Part shown: positions 31,274 to 41,499 of the stretch, piece by piece
How positions within the stretch are numbered: position 1 is the stretch's first letter
Layout: every line of letters starts with the position of its first letter
IMG/VR virus record: IMGVR_UViG_3300045988_111426
Length of the DNA stretch: 64,000 nt
Direction: 5' to 3' (one strand)
DNA from: a virus
The notes under the pieces: model-generated
The model's database searches: none
The model's input: only the letters and a program-made list of their open reading frames with translations
What the model was told of the DNA's origin: nothing
Position numbers and translations under genes: made by a program

Positions 31274-31480
31274 TCAGCCGATCTTTTGTATTTCTTCTAT
31301 TTCTTTCTTTGATTGTTCCGCAACATCATAGAGATCAGAGACCTTTGCATCTTTGTTCTCGTTTATAAGCTTTACAATGTTCGAAATGAGAACAGCATCC
31401 TCTTGTGTCACCTGCAAACCGATAGTTCTAAGTGCTATGGCCAGATTTCTGTAATAGGCGATCTTTTCCTTGTTGTTCAT
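31274..31480 (-). CDS. hypothetical small protein
   Basis: 68-aa ORF placed 4 nt after the stop of the upstream gene. Confidence 0.5.
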   Translation of the reverse strand: MNNKEKIAYYRNLAIALRTIGLQVTQEDAVLISNIVKLINENKDAKVSDLYDVAEQSKKEIEEIQKIG

Positions 31481-31484
31481 TGAT

Positions 31485-32195
31485 TTATTCGTTTAGTTTC
31501 TTAGAATCTTCAATTTCGAGAAGTGATGAGATCTTATAGGAGAGTGCTTCAAGTTCATCCATAAGATCAAACTCGCTCTCTTCACTCATCTCCTCCTTTA
31601 CAAAGTCAACACCAATAAAGCCAATAGGATAATCTTTAGAGTTCTTTATAAGCTTAATGTATAGCGACTTCGTATCATACTTGGTGATATTCAAGAGAGA
31701 TTGGTCTTGATTGTCACGACGGAAATCTGCAACGGATCTCACACAAACCTGCTCATTTATCAGAACTTCTTGATTGAGATTGATCATCATCCCAGTTGGA
31801 ATACCTTGCATTGCAGTCTTGTGAGATGTGAACCCAGGCTTTGAAGTTTCATAAGTCTCAGACATTTTTGCGAAAGCAAGACCATTTAAGTTTGATTCAC
31901 CATTGTGATATTCGAAGATGTAAACACGATCGGCTTCATGATCCCTGCGGAAATCATCAATCAGTCTTGATATTCTTTTGTTAATCTCAAGTCTTAGATT
32001 TATGGATTCTTTGTGCTTTTCTGATACTTCGATCTGATCTTTCTTACGATGATCTTCGAGTATCATCTTCATGAGTTTGTTATTCTGATCGATCGTATTC
32101 TTTATGAATTTAACAGCAATAGTAACGAATATAACGGAAATGGCGATCGACAAACCAAACTCTTGGACTAATGTTCTGAGTATTTGAATATCCAT
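31485..32195 (-). CDS. hypothetical membrane-anchored protein
   Basis: 236 aa. N-terminal hydrophobic helix LSIAISVIFVTIAVKFI. Motif TTTAAATAAACGAAATTG 8 nt upstream. Confidence 0.6.
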   Translation of the reverse strand: MDIQILRTLVQEFGLSIAISVIFVTIAVKFIKNTIDQNNKLMKMILEDHRKKDQIEVSEKHKESINLRLEINKRISRLIDDFRRDHEADRVYIFEYHNGESNLNGLAFAKMSETYETSKPGFTSHKTAMQGIPTGMMINLNQEVLINEQVCVRSVADFRRDNQDQSLLNITKYDTKSLYIKLIKNSKDYPIGFIGVDFVKEEMSEESEFDLMDELEALSYKISSLLEIEDSKKLNE

Positions 32196-32225
32196 TTGTT
32201 ATCAATTTCGTTTATTTAAAAAGGC

Positions 32226-32261
32226 TTTGGGGATGTCTCGGATACCAGAGACATCCCCAAA
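32226..32261 (-). terminator. intrinsic terminator
   Basis: TTTGGGGATGTCTC..GAGACATCCCCAAA. The minus strand continues GCCTTTTTAAA. Confidence 0.7.
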
Positions 32262-32288
32262 TCTTCAGTTTACGAAACGACAAGATGA

Positions 32289-32795
32289 CTATTCAATAAG
32301 ACCAAACGTGACTATGTTCTTAATGCTTTCGCCAGTGATCTCTTGGGGGAAATGCTGAATACTTGCAACATCTACCTCAACGTTCATCTTTGATGAGATG
32401 ATTTCCTCATATTCACTGTTAATCTCGTTGATCTTCTTTATGGTTTCCGAGAATTCTTCATCGACCTTCTTTGTTTCTTCTTCGAACTTCTGAAGATCTT
32501 CGTCGGAAATGTCGAGCTTACCGTCGACCATCTTCGATTCTCCATTTTCATCGAGAATGCCGTACTTGATACCAAGCTCTCTTAGTTTCTGTCTATATTC
32601 TTCGTGCTTCTCGACATTCTGCATCGCTTCATTGTAGCCCTTTCGAATGTTCGAGATTATCTCTTGTAGCTTCTGAAGATTCTTGTTTGAGAACACAGCA
32701 AGATGAATTGATGGGATCTTCTGTACGAACTCAAGTTCCGAGATGATGCTCGATATCTCGACAACATCGACGCTGATTACCTTCGTAGTACTCAT
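32289..32795 (-). CDS. hypothetical protein
   Basis: 168-aa ORF followed by a hairpin plus T-run. Confidence 0.6.
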   Translation of the reverse strand: MSTTKVISVDVVEISSIISELEFVQKIPSIHLAVFSNKNLQKLQEIISNIRKGYNEAMQNVEKHEEYRQKLRELGIKYGILDENGESKMVDGKLDISDEDLQKFEEETKKVDEEFSETIKKINEINSEYEEIISSKMNVEVDVASIQHFPQEITGESIKNIVTFGLIE

Positions 32796-32802
32796 TTACT
32801 AA

Positions 32803-33507
32803 TTAGTTATTGATATTTTCTTGTTTTAAAAAGTATTCTAACATCCAGTACGAGTCGATGATATCCTGTACAGGACATAAGACCTCGTTGAATTCCTTCC
32901 CTTTCTTTATACGTTTTTTTATGAACTGATTTTCATTTTCAGAGATGCACTTATGGAAGGCATTCACTGCTCCGTTATTAATGTAAGATCTAAGCATGTC
33001 GTATTTGTCGAATGAACCTTTACCAACAAACGCTTTCACCTTTGGTGCAGGGATTATGTAAAAGTTCTCAAGATTACAAACACGCTCGATAAGTGATCTT
33101 TTGAGGGAGAACGTGTTTTCCACCATTTGGATAAGAGTGGAAGATTGTGACGAGTATGAGTAGTTTTCTATTATACAAGCCACGGATTCCCGATTATACT
33201 CACCATAAAGCTCGAGGAGAGTTCTTGAAATCTTCTGACAGAGATCTTCTCCGTAGTAGATGCAATTTTCAACATGTTCTCTTTCCCAACCATAGAGACC
33301 GTCTTCTCGGAGGTTCGGAGACGTAACTGGGGAACGATAATAAGAATGATAGGAAAAGTTGGACGATTCAGAAAGTTTGTCTATGATTTCCTTGGTTTTC
33401 TTCGATGATTTATCGAAGTTGATATAGCTCATGAAGTGATATTCTCCATCTTTATAGAACGTCACACCAGTGCTATTAAGAGAAAAGTCTATCGAGACGT
33501 AGATCAT
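32803..33507 (-). CDS. RuvC-like Holliday junction resolvase
   Basis: Internal ATG at 33507 gives MIYVSIDFSLNSTGV (RuvC motif I Asp). IENYSYSS supplies the Glu. PVQDIIDSYWM supplies the terminal Asp pair. Confidence 0.5.
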   Translation of the reverse strand: MIYVSIDFSLNSTGVTFYKDGEYHFMSYINFDKSSKKTKEIIDKLSESSNFSYHSYYRSPVTSPNLREDGLYGWEREHVENCIYYGEDLCQKISRTLLELYGEYNRESVACIIENYSYSSQSSTLIQMVENTFSLKRSLIERVCNLENFYIIPAPKVKAFVGKGSFDKYDMLRSYINNGAVNAFHKCISENENQFIKKRIKKGKEFNEVLCPVQDIIDSYWMLEYFLKQENINN

Positions 33508-33527
33508 ACTTTTATTATTCTTATAAT

Positions 33528-33956
33528 ATGGAAGTTTTTGGAGCTTTAACGAAAGTGGAAGTTGAGAACGGTTGTGTGAAAGTGACTGTCGATGAACCAA
33601 TCCAACCATTCATTGATGAGCTTCGTCATATCGGTTTCAAGAAGCAGACAGCCTCGTTGTACGTGGCAGACAACACAGAACTCTTGGAATCTGCTCGAGA
33701 GATTTGTTCGTTCTATTTTTCTGCAGGGAAAACGATGACCTCGGGAAATCGTAAGCTTTGTAAGACGATAGAAGACTACTATTCAAACGGTTGTGGGACT
33801 GCAGATGTTGACTTCAAGAAAACTGACGAAGGAATCTGGGTTTACTCATTGAGTGGAATCTACGGAAGTGCTGAAGATATGGCAGAAGATATAAAAAAGA
33901 TGAGAGCATCGATAATTTGCACAAGAAATGGAAGAAGAGTTTGTTTTACACGGTAA
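33528..33956 (+). CDS. hypothetical protein
   Basis: 142-aa ORF, divergent from the RuvC-like gene with only 20 bp between the two starts. Confidence 0.5.
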   Translation: MEVFGALTKVEVENGCVKVTVDEPIQPFIDELRHIGFKKQTASLYVADNTELLESAREICSFYFSAGKTMTSGNRKLCKTIEDYYSNGCGTADVDFKKTDEGIWVYSLSGIYGSAEDMAEDIKKMRASIICTRNGRRVCFTR

Positions 33957-34227
33957 TATAAAGTTCACAGAAAGTGGTGTTGTGAACCCACTTGGGCAGA
34001 TCTGCACATATGAGGAGTTCATAGAGAAGATCCGAGACAATGATAATGTTCGAGACATCTTCGAAGATGTCTCATATGCGTTCAAGATGACATATAACGA
34101 CTATCATCGGATTTTCCCAGATAACAAGAGAAATCTTGAGCGAACGTTTAACATTGTCCCCCAATGTGGGAAAACCAGACACTTCGACTTTTATAAGAAA
34201 CATGGGTTCGAGATCTACGTGGATTAG
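33928..34227 (+). CDS. hypothetical protein
   Basis: 99-aa ORF. Overlaps the previous gene by 29 nt. Strong terminator downstream. Confidence 0.5.
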   Translation: MEEEFVLHGNIKFTESGVVNPLGQICTYEEFIEKIRDNDNVRDIFEDVSYAFKMTYNDYHRIFPDNKRNLERTFNIVPQCGKTRHFDFYKKHGFEIYVD

Positions 34228-34256
34228 AATTCATAAATGTTTACGGGTTAAGTAGA

Positions 34257-34296
34257 AAGCCCCGACGAGAACGATCTCGTCGGGGCTTTTGATTTT
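34257..34296 (+). terminator. intrinsic terminator
   Basis: AAGCCCCGACGAGA..TCTCGTCGGGGCTT followed by TTGATTTT. Confidence 0.75.
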
Positions 34297-34305
34297 CGTG
34301 AATAT

Positions 34306-34320
34306 GGTAAATAACGAAAT
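34306..34320 (+). promoter_or_regulatory. late-type upstream motif GGTAAATAACGAAAT (plus strand)
   Basis: 14 nt upstream of the ATG at 34335, directly after a terminator. Confidence 0.5.
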
Positions 34321-34334
34321 CTCAAAGAACAATA

Positions 34335-35843
34335 ATGAATTCACGATACATACGAATAAGTACAGAACTTCTACTTGAATTCGTTGCAAGTGCATCAGAG
34401 AAGCACGATACCGATGTTCGACTTCGTAGAATAACTTCGGAATATGACGGCACATGTACTCTGTATAACGAGAAGGGAACTGGGAACAGTATCGACAAAG
34501 TGCATCTCATCACCGACAGGTATGACACAATGGCGGTTGGTGAAGAAGGTGGGAAACTGTCGGATTCCAACACGCTTTTCAGAGATGAAAAATGCGACCT
34601 TCGTTTCTATGACAAGATGAAATACAACAAGGTTCGTCTTCATCTTCTTTGTGGATACAACTTGCAGAACATAGAAGGCTTAGGTATAAACCTTTTCATT
34701 AGAGATACCGAGAAGGTCTTTAATCTTGCCGATATTGTCATTTTCTCTCCACGTATCGGAGATGTGACATATACAAGATCACCAAAGAGAATCACGGAAT
34801 CAGTCTTTGACAGATACATCGAGTTTGACATCATAAGCATTGACGATATTCTCGAATATTCTCGAACAGATGAAGAAATGGTAAAGAGAGTGTTCGGACA
34901 AGATATGGTCATTGACGGCGTTCTTCATGTCGAGACTTATGAAATCCGAAATCTTCACGTAGAGAACGGATTCAAGGTATTCCAAACATACAACAAGCAT
35001 CGGTCATCATTTCCGATTGGGAACGAATATAAATCGTTAAGCGCAGAACTGAGATTTTCGGAAGACAAGACTTGTGTTGAGTTCTCGGGAAGTTTTGAAG
35101 GTATGAGTTTCGAGGACTTCATGTACAGACTAAACTCGATGTCAAAGAACTCTTATTTTGTACAACACGAGATAAGAGTTGTTGAACAGGTTGGTAACTC
35201 TTTCATTGAGCAGGATACGTGGGTAACTGTACAGAACACTGACTTTGACAAGATCTTCAAGTTCAGACCAGTGATAGAGAACAAGGGTGTGATCTCGGTC
35301 AGCATCGATTATAGGATGACCTTGGTGAATGCTTATAACGCAAACGGCATGAGTGTAGAAGCATCAATAAGCACACGAGACATACAAAGTTTCCAAGGGA
35401 AGTTGGTAAAACTTCAAGCACCTTTGCAAAACATAAGAGTTGTGCAGAAAATTGCGAGATCTTCAGATAAGAACATACGTGAGGTGTCAAACGATGTCAT
35501 AAAGACGAAGTATATCACAAAGTACGTAAACGTTACCGATATCACAACCGACAAGAAGGACATCCACGTCACGCCATTTAGATCGACCTACAGGATAAAT
35601 CTGAAAGGTGTAGAATCACAGAACAACAATCATCGTGCTTTCCTCGTCTATGTTGATGACTATGGGCAGAAGCACTATATGAAGAACGTGGTGAGTGAAG
35701 AGCTGTCGGCTCGTGAGTACATGTTCATAATGGAAGAAAACACGTCTGTTACGATTCTTAAAAATGCGAATCGTAAGCTCTATTTCGTCATAATAGAGAA
35801 TGATGTAGAAAATGTGATCGATGTCTTGAACATCACGACTTAA
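34335..35843 (+). CDS. hypothetical virion protein
   Basis: 502-aa ORF with a perfect late motif GGTAAATAACGAAAT 14 nt upstream. Confidence 0.7.
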   Translation: MNSRYIRISTELLLEFVASASEKHDTDVRLRRITSEYDGTCTLYNEKGTGNSIDKVHLITDRYDTMAVGEEGGKLSDSNTLFRDEKCDLRFYDKMKYNKVRLHLLCGYNLQNIEGLGINLFIRDTEKVFNLADIVIFSPRIGDVTYTRSPKRITESVFDRYIEFDIISIDDILEYSRTDEEMVKRVFGQDMVIDGVLHVETYEIRNLHVENGFKVFQTYNKHRSSFPIGNEYKSLSAELRFSEDKTCVEFSGSFEGMSFEDFMYRLNSMSKNSYFVQHEIRVVEQVGNSFIEQDTWVTVQNTDFDKIFKFRPVIENKGVISVSIDYRMTLVNAYNANGMSVEASISTRDIQSFQGKLVKLQAPLQNIRVVQKIARSSDKNIREVSNDVIKTKYITKYVNVTDITTDKKDIHVTPFRSTYRINLKGVESQNNNHRAFLVYVDDYGQKHYMKNVVSEELSAREYMFIMEENTSVTILKNANRKLYFVIIENDVENVIDVLNITT

Positions 35844-35903
35844 AGAGAGGTACTTTCCTTGAACTCGAAGACACCCAAGAATAGTTTCATAGCGGAAAGT
35901 ATA
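35840..35903 (+). repeat. inverted-repeat element, copy 4 (right arm degenerate)
   Basis: TTAAAGAGAGGTACTTTCCTTGAACTCGAAGACACCCAAGAATAG..AGCGGAAAGTAT. Overlaps the stop codon of gene 34335-35843. Confidence 0.7.
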
Positions 35904-35911
35904 AGAAAAAG

Positions 35912-35954
35912 CAAGAGAGCCACATCTGGAACACTTCCAGATGTGGCTCTCTTG
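35912..35954. terminator. bidirectional terminator hairpin between convergent genes
   Basis: 19-bp stem CAAGAGAGCCACATCTGGA/TCCAGATGTGGCTCTCTTG. Confidence 0.65.
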
Positions 35955-35981
35955 TTAGTAATATTAGAATAAAGTCGAATG

Positions 35982-37787
35982 TTAGTATTCGATACCTGCT
36001 TCTTGAGCTGTCTTTGCTCTTGTCTTCTTTCTCTTTGACATATCAATAACTGGCTTACTACCATCTTTGTTGATGATTCCTTTTTCGGGAACGTAAGTAC
36101 GACCATAACCAAGAGCAAGCATAGACTGCCAGTCCCCAGAATCAAGCGCACGAGCTTTCTTCATATTCACACGCAACCTCAAAGTATCGGGGAAATCATC
36201 GAATCCAAGAGTTCCATCGGGGAAGGTGATATCAAACGATTCCATTATGAGATTTCCAACAGAAGCTATCGGATTGTAAGGATTTCCGATGACCATGTGA
36301 TATTCTCCCACTGGTGCACCACTTACCAATGAGTGAACAGCTACTGATTGTGGGCGAGATTGTGCACTTCTCATATCCATTATCGTTCCGAAGCCCTTAC
36401 CGAGAACACCTTTGATTGCGTTGAGGTCTCCCGAAAGAATCCCACCCATAAGCTGTTTGAAAGCATCACCCACAACGCTAAATGCGCTCTTGAACTGATC
36501 CATAATGCTACCAAAGTAACCACCATAATCACCACTGTAGAACTTGCTAGCATCACCGAGGAATCCGAACTGCTTCTGAGTAGCTGGCATAAATCGGTTC
36601 GCACCACCCCACCATTTAGCGTGGAAGAAGGTGAGGGCAAGGAGGTTGTTAATGAGGTCTAACATTACGAGCTTTGGATTCATGTTCGAGTAAGATTTCA
36701 ACTGATAATCAAAGACAAGAGTGAACTTGAACTCGCCACCAATACCAGTGTCACGTGTCATAGTGTCCTTGACAACGTTGACTGGGCCGTAGACCTTGTG
36801 AGTATAACTAAAGTCCATAGATGCACGAGCTGCACTTATACTGGCATTTTGACGACCAGTGATATCACCTTTACCAGTTATTGCAGAGAGGTACTTACCA
36901 ATACCGACGTAGTTGTTATTCACCGTTGACGTGAGATTGTTGGCAGTCTTTGATGTCGCATTGAGAGCACCTGCAACACGACCAGTTCCAGAAAGTCTTC
37001 CAAGTTGACCGATCTTGTTAACCTTTGCAGATTCTTCAAGACCTGGTTGTGATTGGGCTTGAGCATCCCATATCTGAGAAGAAACTGCTTTCCAATTGAT
37101 CTTACCATTGATCTTCAAGATATCAGAGAGGTTGTTATCTGTCGGTTCTCCAAAGTAAGTGACGGCTTGTGCAACTGGTCTTATGTTCTTTCTTTCAGAG
37201 AACTCAAGGTTATCATAAGTCGGATAAGGATAACGACGAAGTGTGATAAGTCTGTTCAAAGGGAGCATGCGATACCACTTACAATAAAGGAAGTCGTTGG
37301 CGTAGTAAGGCATCTGAGTGATTTCCTCCTTGTTATTGACCTTAAAATCGATAAGAAGTTGTTCAATTGTAGGTTCACCAGCATTCTTCTTATGACCAAA
37401 GATTCCTCGATCACCTTTTCGATCGAGGAAGTCACGTGCACCAGAAGCAAGAGGATGAATCATAATCGAATAATCATTAAAGATTGACGGAACACCTTTG
37501 GATTGGACACCACCAGTGAAATATTCATCCGCTTCTGCATTGTCATCATCAGAATCGTGTTCGGCATAGACAAGCTGACTATTCCTCTCAAGACCTGCTG
37601 GTGCAGATACAGTGACCTCGTCGATCATGTGAGCATCTGGATCAGATGCGGTTATAGAACCATCATCTGATGATTTCTCCCCATTTTTCACATTTGGGTT
37701 AACACCAGTTTTTATTATAGACTTCCCATCTTTCACAGATTTTGCAGGGGAATTCTTTGTTGTTTTTCTAACTTGTTTTTTCTTCAT
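35982..37787 (-). CDS. hypothetical virion or tail-associated protein
   Basis: 601-aa ORF. Lys-rich, low-complexity N-terminus. No motif recognised. Confidence 0.65.
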   Translation of the reverse strand: MKKKQVRKTTKNSPAKSVKDGKSIIKTGVNPNVKNGEKSSDDGSITASDPDAHMIDEVTVSAPAGLERNSQLVYAEHDSDDDNAEADEYFTGGVQSKGVPSIFNDYSIMIHPLASGARDFLDRKGDRGIFGHKKNAGEPTIEQLLIDFKVNNKEEITQMPYYANDFLYCKWYRMLPLNRLITLRRYPYPTYDNLEFSERKNIRPVAQAVTYFGEPTDNNLSDILKINGKINWKAVSSQIWDAQAQSQPGLEESAKVNKIGQLGRLSGTGRVAGALNATSKTANNLTSTVNNNYVGIGKYLSAITGKGDITGRQNASISAARASMDFSYTHKVYGPVNVVKDTMTRDTGIGGEFKFTLVFDYQLKSYSNMNPKLVMLDLINNLLALTFFHAKWWGGANRFMPATQKQFGFLGDASKFYSGDYGGYFGSIMDQFKSAFSVVGDAFKQLMGGILSGDLNAIKGVLGKGFGTIMDMRSAQSRPQSVAVHSLVSGAPVGEYHMVIGNPYNPIASVGNLIMESFDITFPDGTLGFDDFPDTLRLRVNMKKARALDSGDWQSMLALGYGRTYVPEKGIINKDGSKPVIDMSKRKKTRAKTAQEAGIEY

Positions 37788-37802
37788 ATCAACCAGTGAT
37801 GA

Positions 37803-38891
37803 CTAATAATTGAGAGACGATGAAAGTCCATCATCTTCGGCTTCCGTGAGTGAATCTGCACCATCTGCAGGATCAGAGTTTGGAACATAGATTCGAGCTT
37901 CATCTTCCACTAGTGGATCATTTGTCACAAGCTTCGTATTCGGAGATTTTGGAATCTTCATATCGGAAGATGCGGAACGGAACTCTGCAAGCTTCTTGAT
38001 AAGTTCTGCTCTTGAGTTAGTGGAAAGTGATCCATCGTCATGGGTAACATCCACGACATCAACATCCACGACATCATCTTGTGCAAAGATCTCTTCTTCA
38101 CTGTCCTTTTTCAGATTCTTAAATGATGATTGCACCGAATCGATGTATTCTCTTTGATACTTCGAAAGGTCAAGGATCATCTTCTGCAGTTTTACCAGTG
38201 AATCGATATTCTTCGGTGAAGGATTCTTCACTATCTCTTTGTAGATCTTCTTGAGAAGTCTGTTAGAGATGACAATTTGAAGAGTGATCGATGAGATCGA
38301 TTGTTGTTCAAAGGCGAGTTTGTTGAGGATGAACTTATGCTTCTCGATCGTTCCCTTATCAAGGTAGAGTTCAGCGACAGATTTTAGGAGATCATTGGCT
38401 CTCGAAAGTGCCATTGTCGTGTTCTCGTCATATTCACCATCTGCAAGTTCTGCTTCTTGAAGTCTTTGAAGTCTTTCCTTTTCCTCATCGGAAGCATCAT
38501 CCCCAAGAATTGTCGACGGAAGATAGCCGTCCATCAGCGAGGTTTCAAGCATGTGAATCAGACGATCATCTTCCTCATCCTCTTCATTCTTGATATGCTC
38601 TTTGTTGGAGAGTATGTTGTCCCCGAAGAACTTCTCAGCATCTTGTTTTGTTGAGAACACTTCGATATCTTCAAGTTCTTCCCCATCTGTCGTGCAGAAA
38701 GTCACGATCCATTTGTCGTTGAACTTTTCACGATACTTATCGGCTTCCTTCTTGCTTTTAAACTTTTCGACTATCTTTGTTGATTTCTTCCCATCTATAA
38801 ACTTGTTCACTTGATAAGGTTGATTTTTACCAAGTGTGTAAGATTGTGAACATGTCACATAATAAGGCTTATTTGCGATTTTAATAGACAT
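37803..38891 (-). CDS. hypothetical acidic coiled-coil protein (scaffold-like composition)
   Basis: 362 aa, highly acidic with predicted long helices. The scaffold role is only a guess from composition and context. Confidence 0.55.
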   Translation of the reverse strand: MSIKIANKPYYVTCSQSYTLGKNQPYQVNKFIDGKKSTKIVEKFKSKKEADKYREKFNDKWIVTFCTTDGEELEDIEVFSTKQDAEKFFGDNILSNKEHIKNEEDEEDDRLIHMLETSLMDGYLPSTILGDDASDEEKERLQRLQEAELADGEYDENTTMALSRANDLLKSVAELYLDKGTIEKHKFILNKLAFEQQSISSITLQIVISNRLLKKIYKEIVKNPSPKNIDSLVKLQKMILDLSKYQREYIDSVQSSFKNLKKDSEEEIFAQDDVVDVDVVDVTHDDGSLSTNSRAELIKKLAEFRSASSDMKIPKSPNTKLVTNDPLVEDEARIYVPNSDPADGADSLTEAEDDGLSSSLNY

Positions 38892-39474
38892 TTTCAGACG
38901 AAAGTTTTAGTGGGGTCATTTCTTCCAAAGGTGAGACTTCTTCGATTGAGTTGTATCTGAAAGTGCAGGTAAACTCTCTGTAACCAAAGCCATTCTCATT
39001 TTTCTTCAAGGAAATCGAAGATATGCTCTCGAAGACAACACCGTGGTAATTCTGTGTGAAGATCACATAGCCGTACTGATCGATAATGTCGAGCGTGATA
39101 TGAGGAAGAATGAAGTCAGTGTTCTTATCACGACGATCTATGAACTCGACAAACATTGATCTCATGAGAAAGTAAGTGAAGAAGTTGTTCCTTATCTTGA
39201 AACTAACAGTGATCGACTTTTTGATTGATGATGTAGCAGACAGAGAACCTGCGTAATGTCTCTTTGATCCGTCTCTGGATGTTTGATCAACTATTTGTGT
39301 AGACATCTGAGGGATGTCAACACCGTATATTGAATCGTTGACATATGCAATCATAGAATCAAAGACTGGTGTCTGTCTATCAAACCATCTCTGAAACTTC
39401 TTCCTCACAGAAGGTATGAGAAATTGTCTCGAAAAGTATAAGTGAAATCTGTTAAAAACTGGATTAGAAAGCAT
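38881..39474 (-). CDS. tail tube / tube-initiator family protein (T4 gp19/gp54-like)
   Basis: 197 aa with late motif CGTAAATAACGAAATCG 11 nt upstream. N-terminal NRFHLYFS and C-terminal GYREFTCTFRYNSIE follow the gp19-family pattern. Confidence 0.45.
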   Translation of the reverse strand: MLSNPVFNRFHLYFSRQFLIPSVRKKFQRWFDRQTPVFDSMIAYVNDSIYGVDIPQMSTQIVDQTSRDGSKRHYAGSLSATSSIKKSITVSFKIRNNFFTYFLMRSMFVEFIDRRDKNTDFILPHITLDIIDQYGYVIFTQNYHGVVFESISSISLKKNENGFGYREFTCTFRYNSIEEVSPLEEMTPLKLSSENVY

Positions 39475-39485
39475 CTTCCGTCAGC

Positions 39486-39500
39486 GATTTCGTTATTTAC
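39486..39500 (-). promoter_or_regulatory. late-type upstream motif GTAAATAACGAAATC
   Basis: 11 nt upstream of the ATG at 39474. A divergent partner, TAAATAAAGG at 39526-39535, precedes the gp25-like gene. Confidence 0.45.
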
Positions 39501-39555
39501 GATATCTTTTCCCGACGTATATCTTTAAATAAAGGCTGTAGATAAAAACAAAAAG

Positions 39556-39897
39556 ATGAAAGATATCAACATCGATCCAAGTGCAACAAAAATGGACATA
39601 AATGACAATATCAACAAATACATCCAAGAAATTGTCATGATCCTCAACACTTCACCCCATGAAGTCATGGGATCTTTTGGAATGCCACTTGATCTTGAAA
39701 GACTGGTTTATGAGACAAACATCGATAATAAGGCGCTGGAACGTGAGATAATGACGAAGATAAGAGAATATTCTACTTATTACGACATGTTCCACACTGA
39801 GGTTGAAGTTAGCTTCATGGAAACCGAGGAGCGAGATACTTGCATAATTGACATAACAATAAACTATACTAAAAAACTGTCATTCGTTATACGATAA
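39556..39897 (+). CDS. baseplate wedge protein, gp25/GPW-like
   Basis: 113 aa. IQEIVMILNTSPHEVMGSFGMPLDLERLVYE matches the gp25/W-family signature. It is adjacent to the hub gene. Confidence 0.6.
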   Translation: MKDINIDPSATKMDINDNINKYIQEIVMILNTSPHEVMGSFGMPLDLERLVYETNIDNKALEREIMTKIREYSTYYDMFHTEVEVSFMETEERDTCIIDITINYTKKLSFVIR

Positions 39898-39947
39898 GAA
39901 CCATAAAGAAAGTATTCGAGTAAAACAACTCATAACAACAAATCTTT

Positions 39948-40511
39948 ATGACTTCGGCAAGAATAGATGGGCGACAATTCACCACAAGCTCAAAACAGCG
40001 TGAACTTTTCGCATTGTGCTTGAAAGTTATCAAGGGTGGAATGAGACTTCAAGATGTTCCACAGAAGAAGTACTATGGTGTGAAAAACATCGTCGAGAGA
40101 TACTATCAAGGAAAGATTTCTATGGAGCATATTCTCGAAAAGTCAACATCCGCAATAGTTCGAGGTGATAATGGTAATCAGACGATCATCACGAATGGTT
40201 ACAAGATTGAGAAGAATCCAAACTATGAAGATGAAGGGGGGGAGACGATTTTCTACATGTACCTCCCAAAAAGAGCGATCGACGAAATCCCGAGGATCTT
40301 CAACTATGGTATCCGATCGATGAATTATGGATCGATGACAGAGACGAACGAGTTCTGTAGATTCCAAGACAACGTTGTGGTTGTGATATCGACAAACATA
40401 AAGGTGAGAAAGAAGATAGACGAATTCAAAAGGAAGGCGGTCTATTATGGTCTTGATGTTGTAAGACCTCAAGATATCAGAGAAATACAATACAAACTGG
40501 AAAATGTCTAA
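39948..40511 (+). CDS. hypothetical protein
   Basis: 187-aa ORF between baseplate genes. Confidence 0.55.
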   Translation: MTSARIDGRQFTTSSKQRELFALCLKVIKGGMRLQDVPQKKYYGVKNIVERYYQGKISMEHILEKSTSAIVRGDNGNQTIITNGYKIEKNPNYEDEGGETIFYMYLPKRAIDEIPRIFNYGIRSMNYGSMTETNEFCRFQDNVVVVISTNIKVRKKIDEFKRKAVYYGLDVVRPQDIREIQYKLENV

Positions 40512-41310
40512 TAGAAGTGAAATAATCCACAGAGACCTTTTTGGTGAACTCAAGGAGATGATGTCATGTAGTCATCTTGGAGAAATCGTCTCTCTTGAGG
40601 GAACAGATAAAGACCCAGGCAGGGTAAAAATTAGGGTCTTTGGGGTGTTTGATTCCAAAGACCTCGGAAGCATACCAGATGAAGATCTTCCATACGCTTA
40701 TCCAATAGAAACCCTTTCATTTGGTAGCAAAAGTGGTGCAGGTGCGTATTCTGCACCAAAGGTGGGAAGCATTGTAAGAGTGGTGTTCAAGGACGACATT
40801 TATCATCCTCGATACTTCTCTATTGAATGGTTAGATGAAGAACTTCGGCAGGAAATAAAAAATGATCCCGAGAACTTCCATTCACTTCTGTTCGATACTG
40901 ATGAGAAGATGAAGATCTTCTACAGTAAAAAGAAAGGTATGATGATTGATTACAATGAATCAAACGTAAACATCAAGCCAGATGGGTCGATAGTGATCAC
41001 GCATCGTGGAGGATCTGCAGTTATAGAACTCAGAGGTGACGATATCGACATTGTCTCCAAGAATCAGATCAACATCTCTTCAGAGAATAGCGTCACCGTG
41101 AACTCACAGAAGATACACGACAATGGTTCTGAGTACATGGCAGGTGCAAATCCTTCTTACAAAATGGTAAATGGTGAACCACTGATGATACTCCTTAAAG
41201 GTCTTGCACAGATAATAGGAACTAAACTTCCAATTGATCCAAGCGCATCAACACTCGTGCAATCTATGGAACAATCAGTGCTTAGTGCAACTTGTAAAGT
41301 TTCTCCTTAA
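40504..41310 (+). CDS. baseplate hub/central spike protein (gp5/VgrG N-terminal OB-fold-like)
   Basis: 268 aa. GRVKIRVFGVFD..LPYAYP..GAGAYSAPKVGSIVRVVFKDDIYHPRY is typical of the gp5/phage_base_V OB domain. C-terminal beta-helix-like repeats. Confidence 0.6.
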   Translation: MSNRSEIIHRDLFGELKEMMSCSHLGEIVSLEGTDKDPGRVKIRVFGVFDSKDLGSIPDEDLPYAYPIETLSFGSKSGAGAYSAPKVGSIVRVVFKDDIYHPRYFSIEWLDEELRQEIKNDPENFHSLLFDTDEKMKIFYSKKKGMMIDYNESNVNIKPDGSIVITHRGGSAVIELRGDDIDIVSKNQINISSENSVTVNSQKIHDNGSEYMAGANPSYKMVNGEPLMILLKGLAQIIGTKLPIDPSASTLVQSMEQSVLSATCKVSP

Positions 41311-41336
41311 AAAGGGAAACTAAGAAATAAGAAAAA

Positions 41337-41385
41337 CCGATTGGGGTCATCTGATGCTATTTTCAGATGACCCCAATCGGTTTTC
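41337..41385. terminator. bidirectional terminator hairpin between convergent genes
   Basis: 18-bp stem CCGATTGGGGTCATCTGA/TCAGATGACCCCAATCGG followed by TTTTC. Confidence 0.7.
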
Positions 41386-41400
41386 AAGTATGTCTTCTGA

Positions 41401-41493
41401 TAAAGACGAGGTACTTTCCTTGAACTTGGAGGTACTCGAAGCTATGAAAACAACACCAAACTTTTCAGAGTGCAAGGAAAGTGCCTTCCTTGA
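41401..41493 (+). repeat. inverted-repeat element, copy 5
   Basis: TAAAGACGAGGTACTTTCCTTGAAC ... GAGTGCAAGGAAAGTGCCTTCCTTGA. Ends 6 nt from the stop of the truncated terminase ORF. Confidence 0.8.
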
Positions 41494-41499
41494 AGTCGG

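Noticed and set aside
33928-33956. Programmed frameshift between overlapping plus-strand ORFs 33528-33956 and 33928-34227 (tail-chaperone style)
   Set aside because: The second ORF has its own ATG. No slippery heptamer was seen in the 29-nt overlap, and the context is not next to a tape-measure gene.
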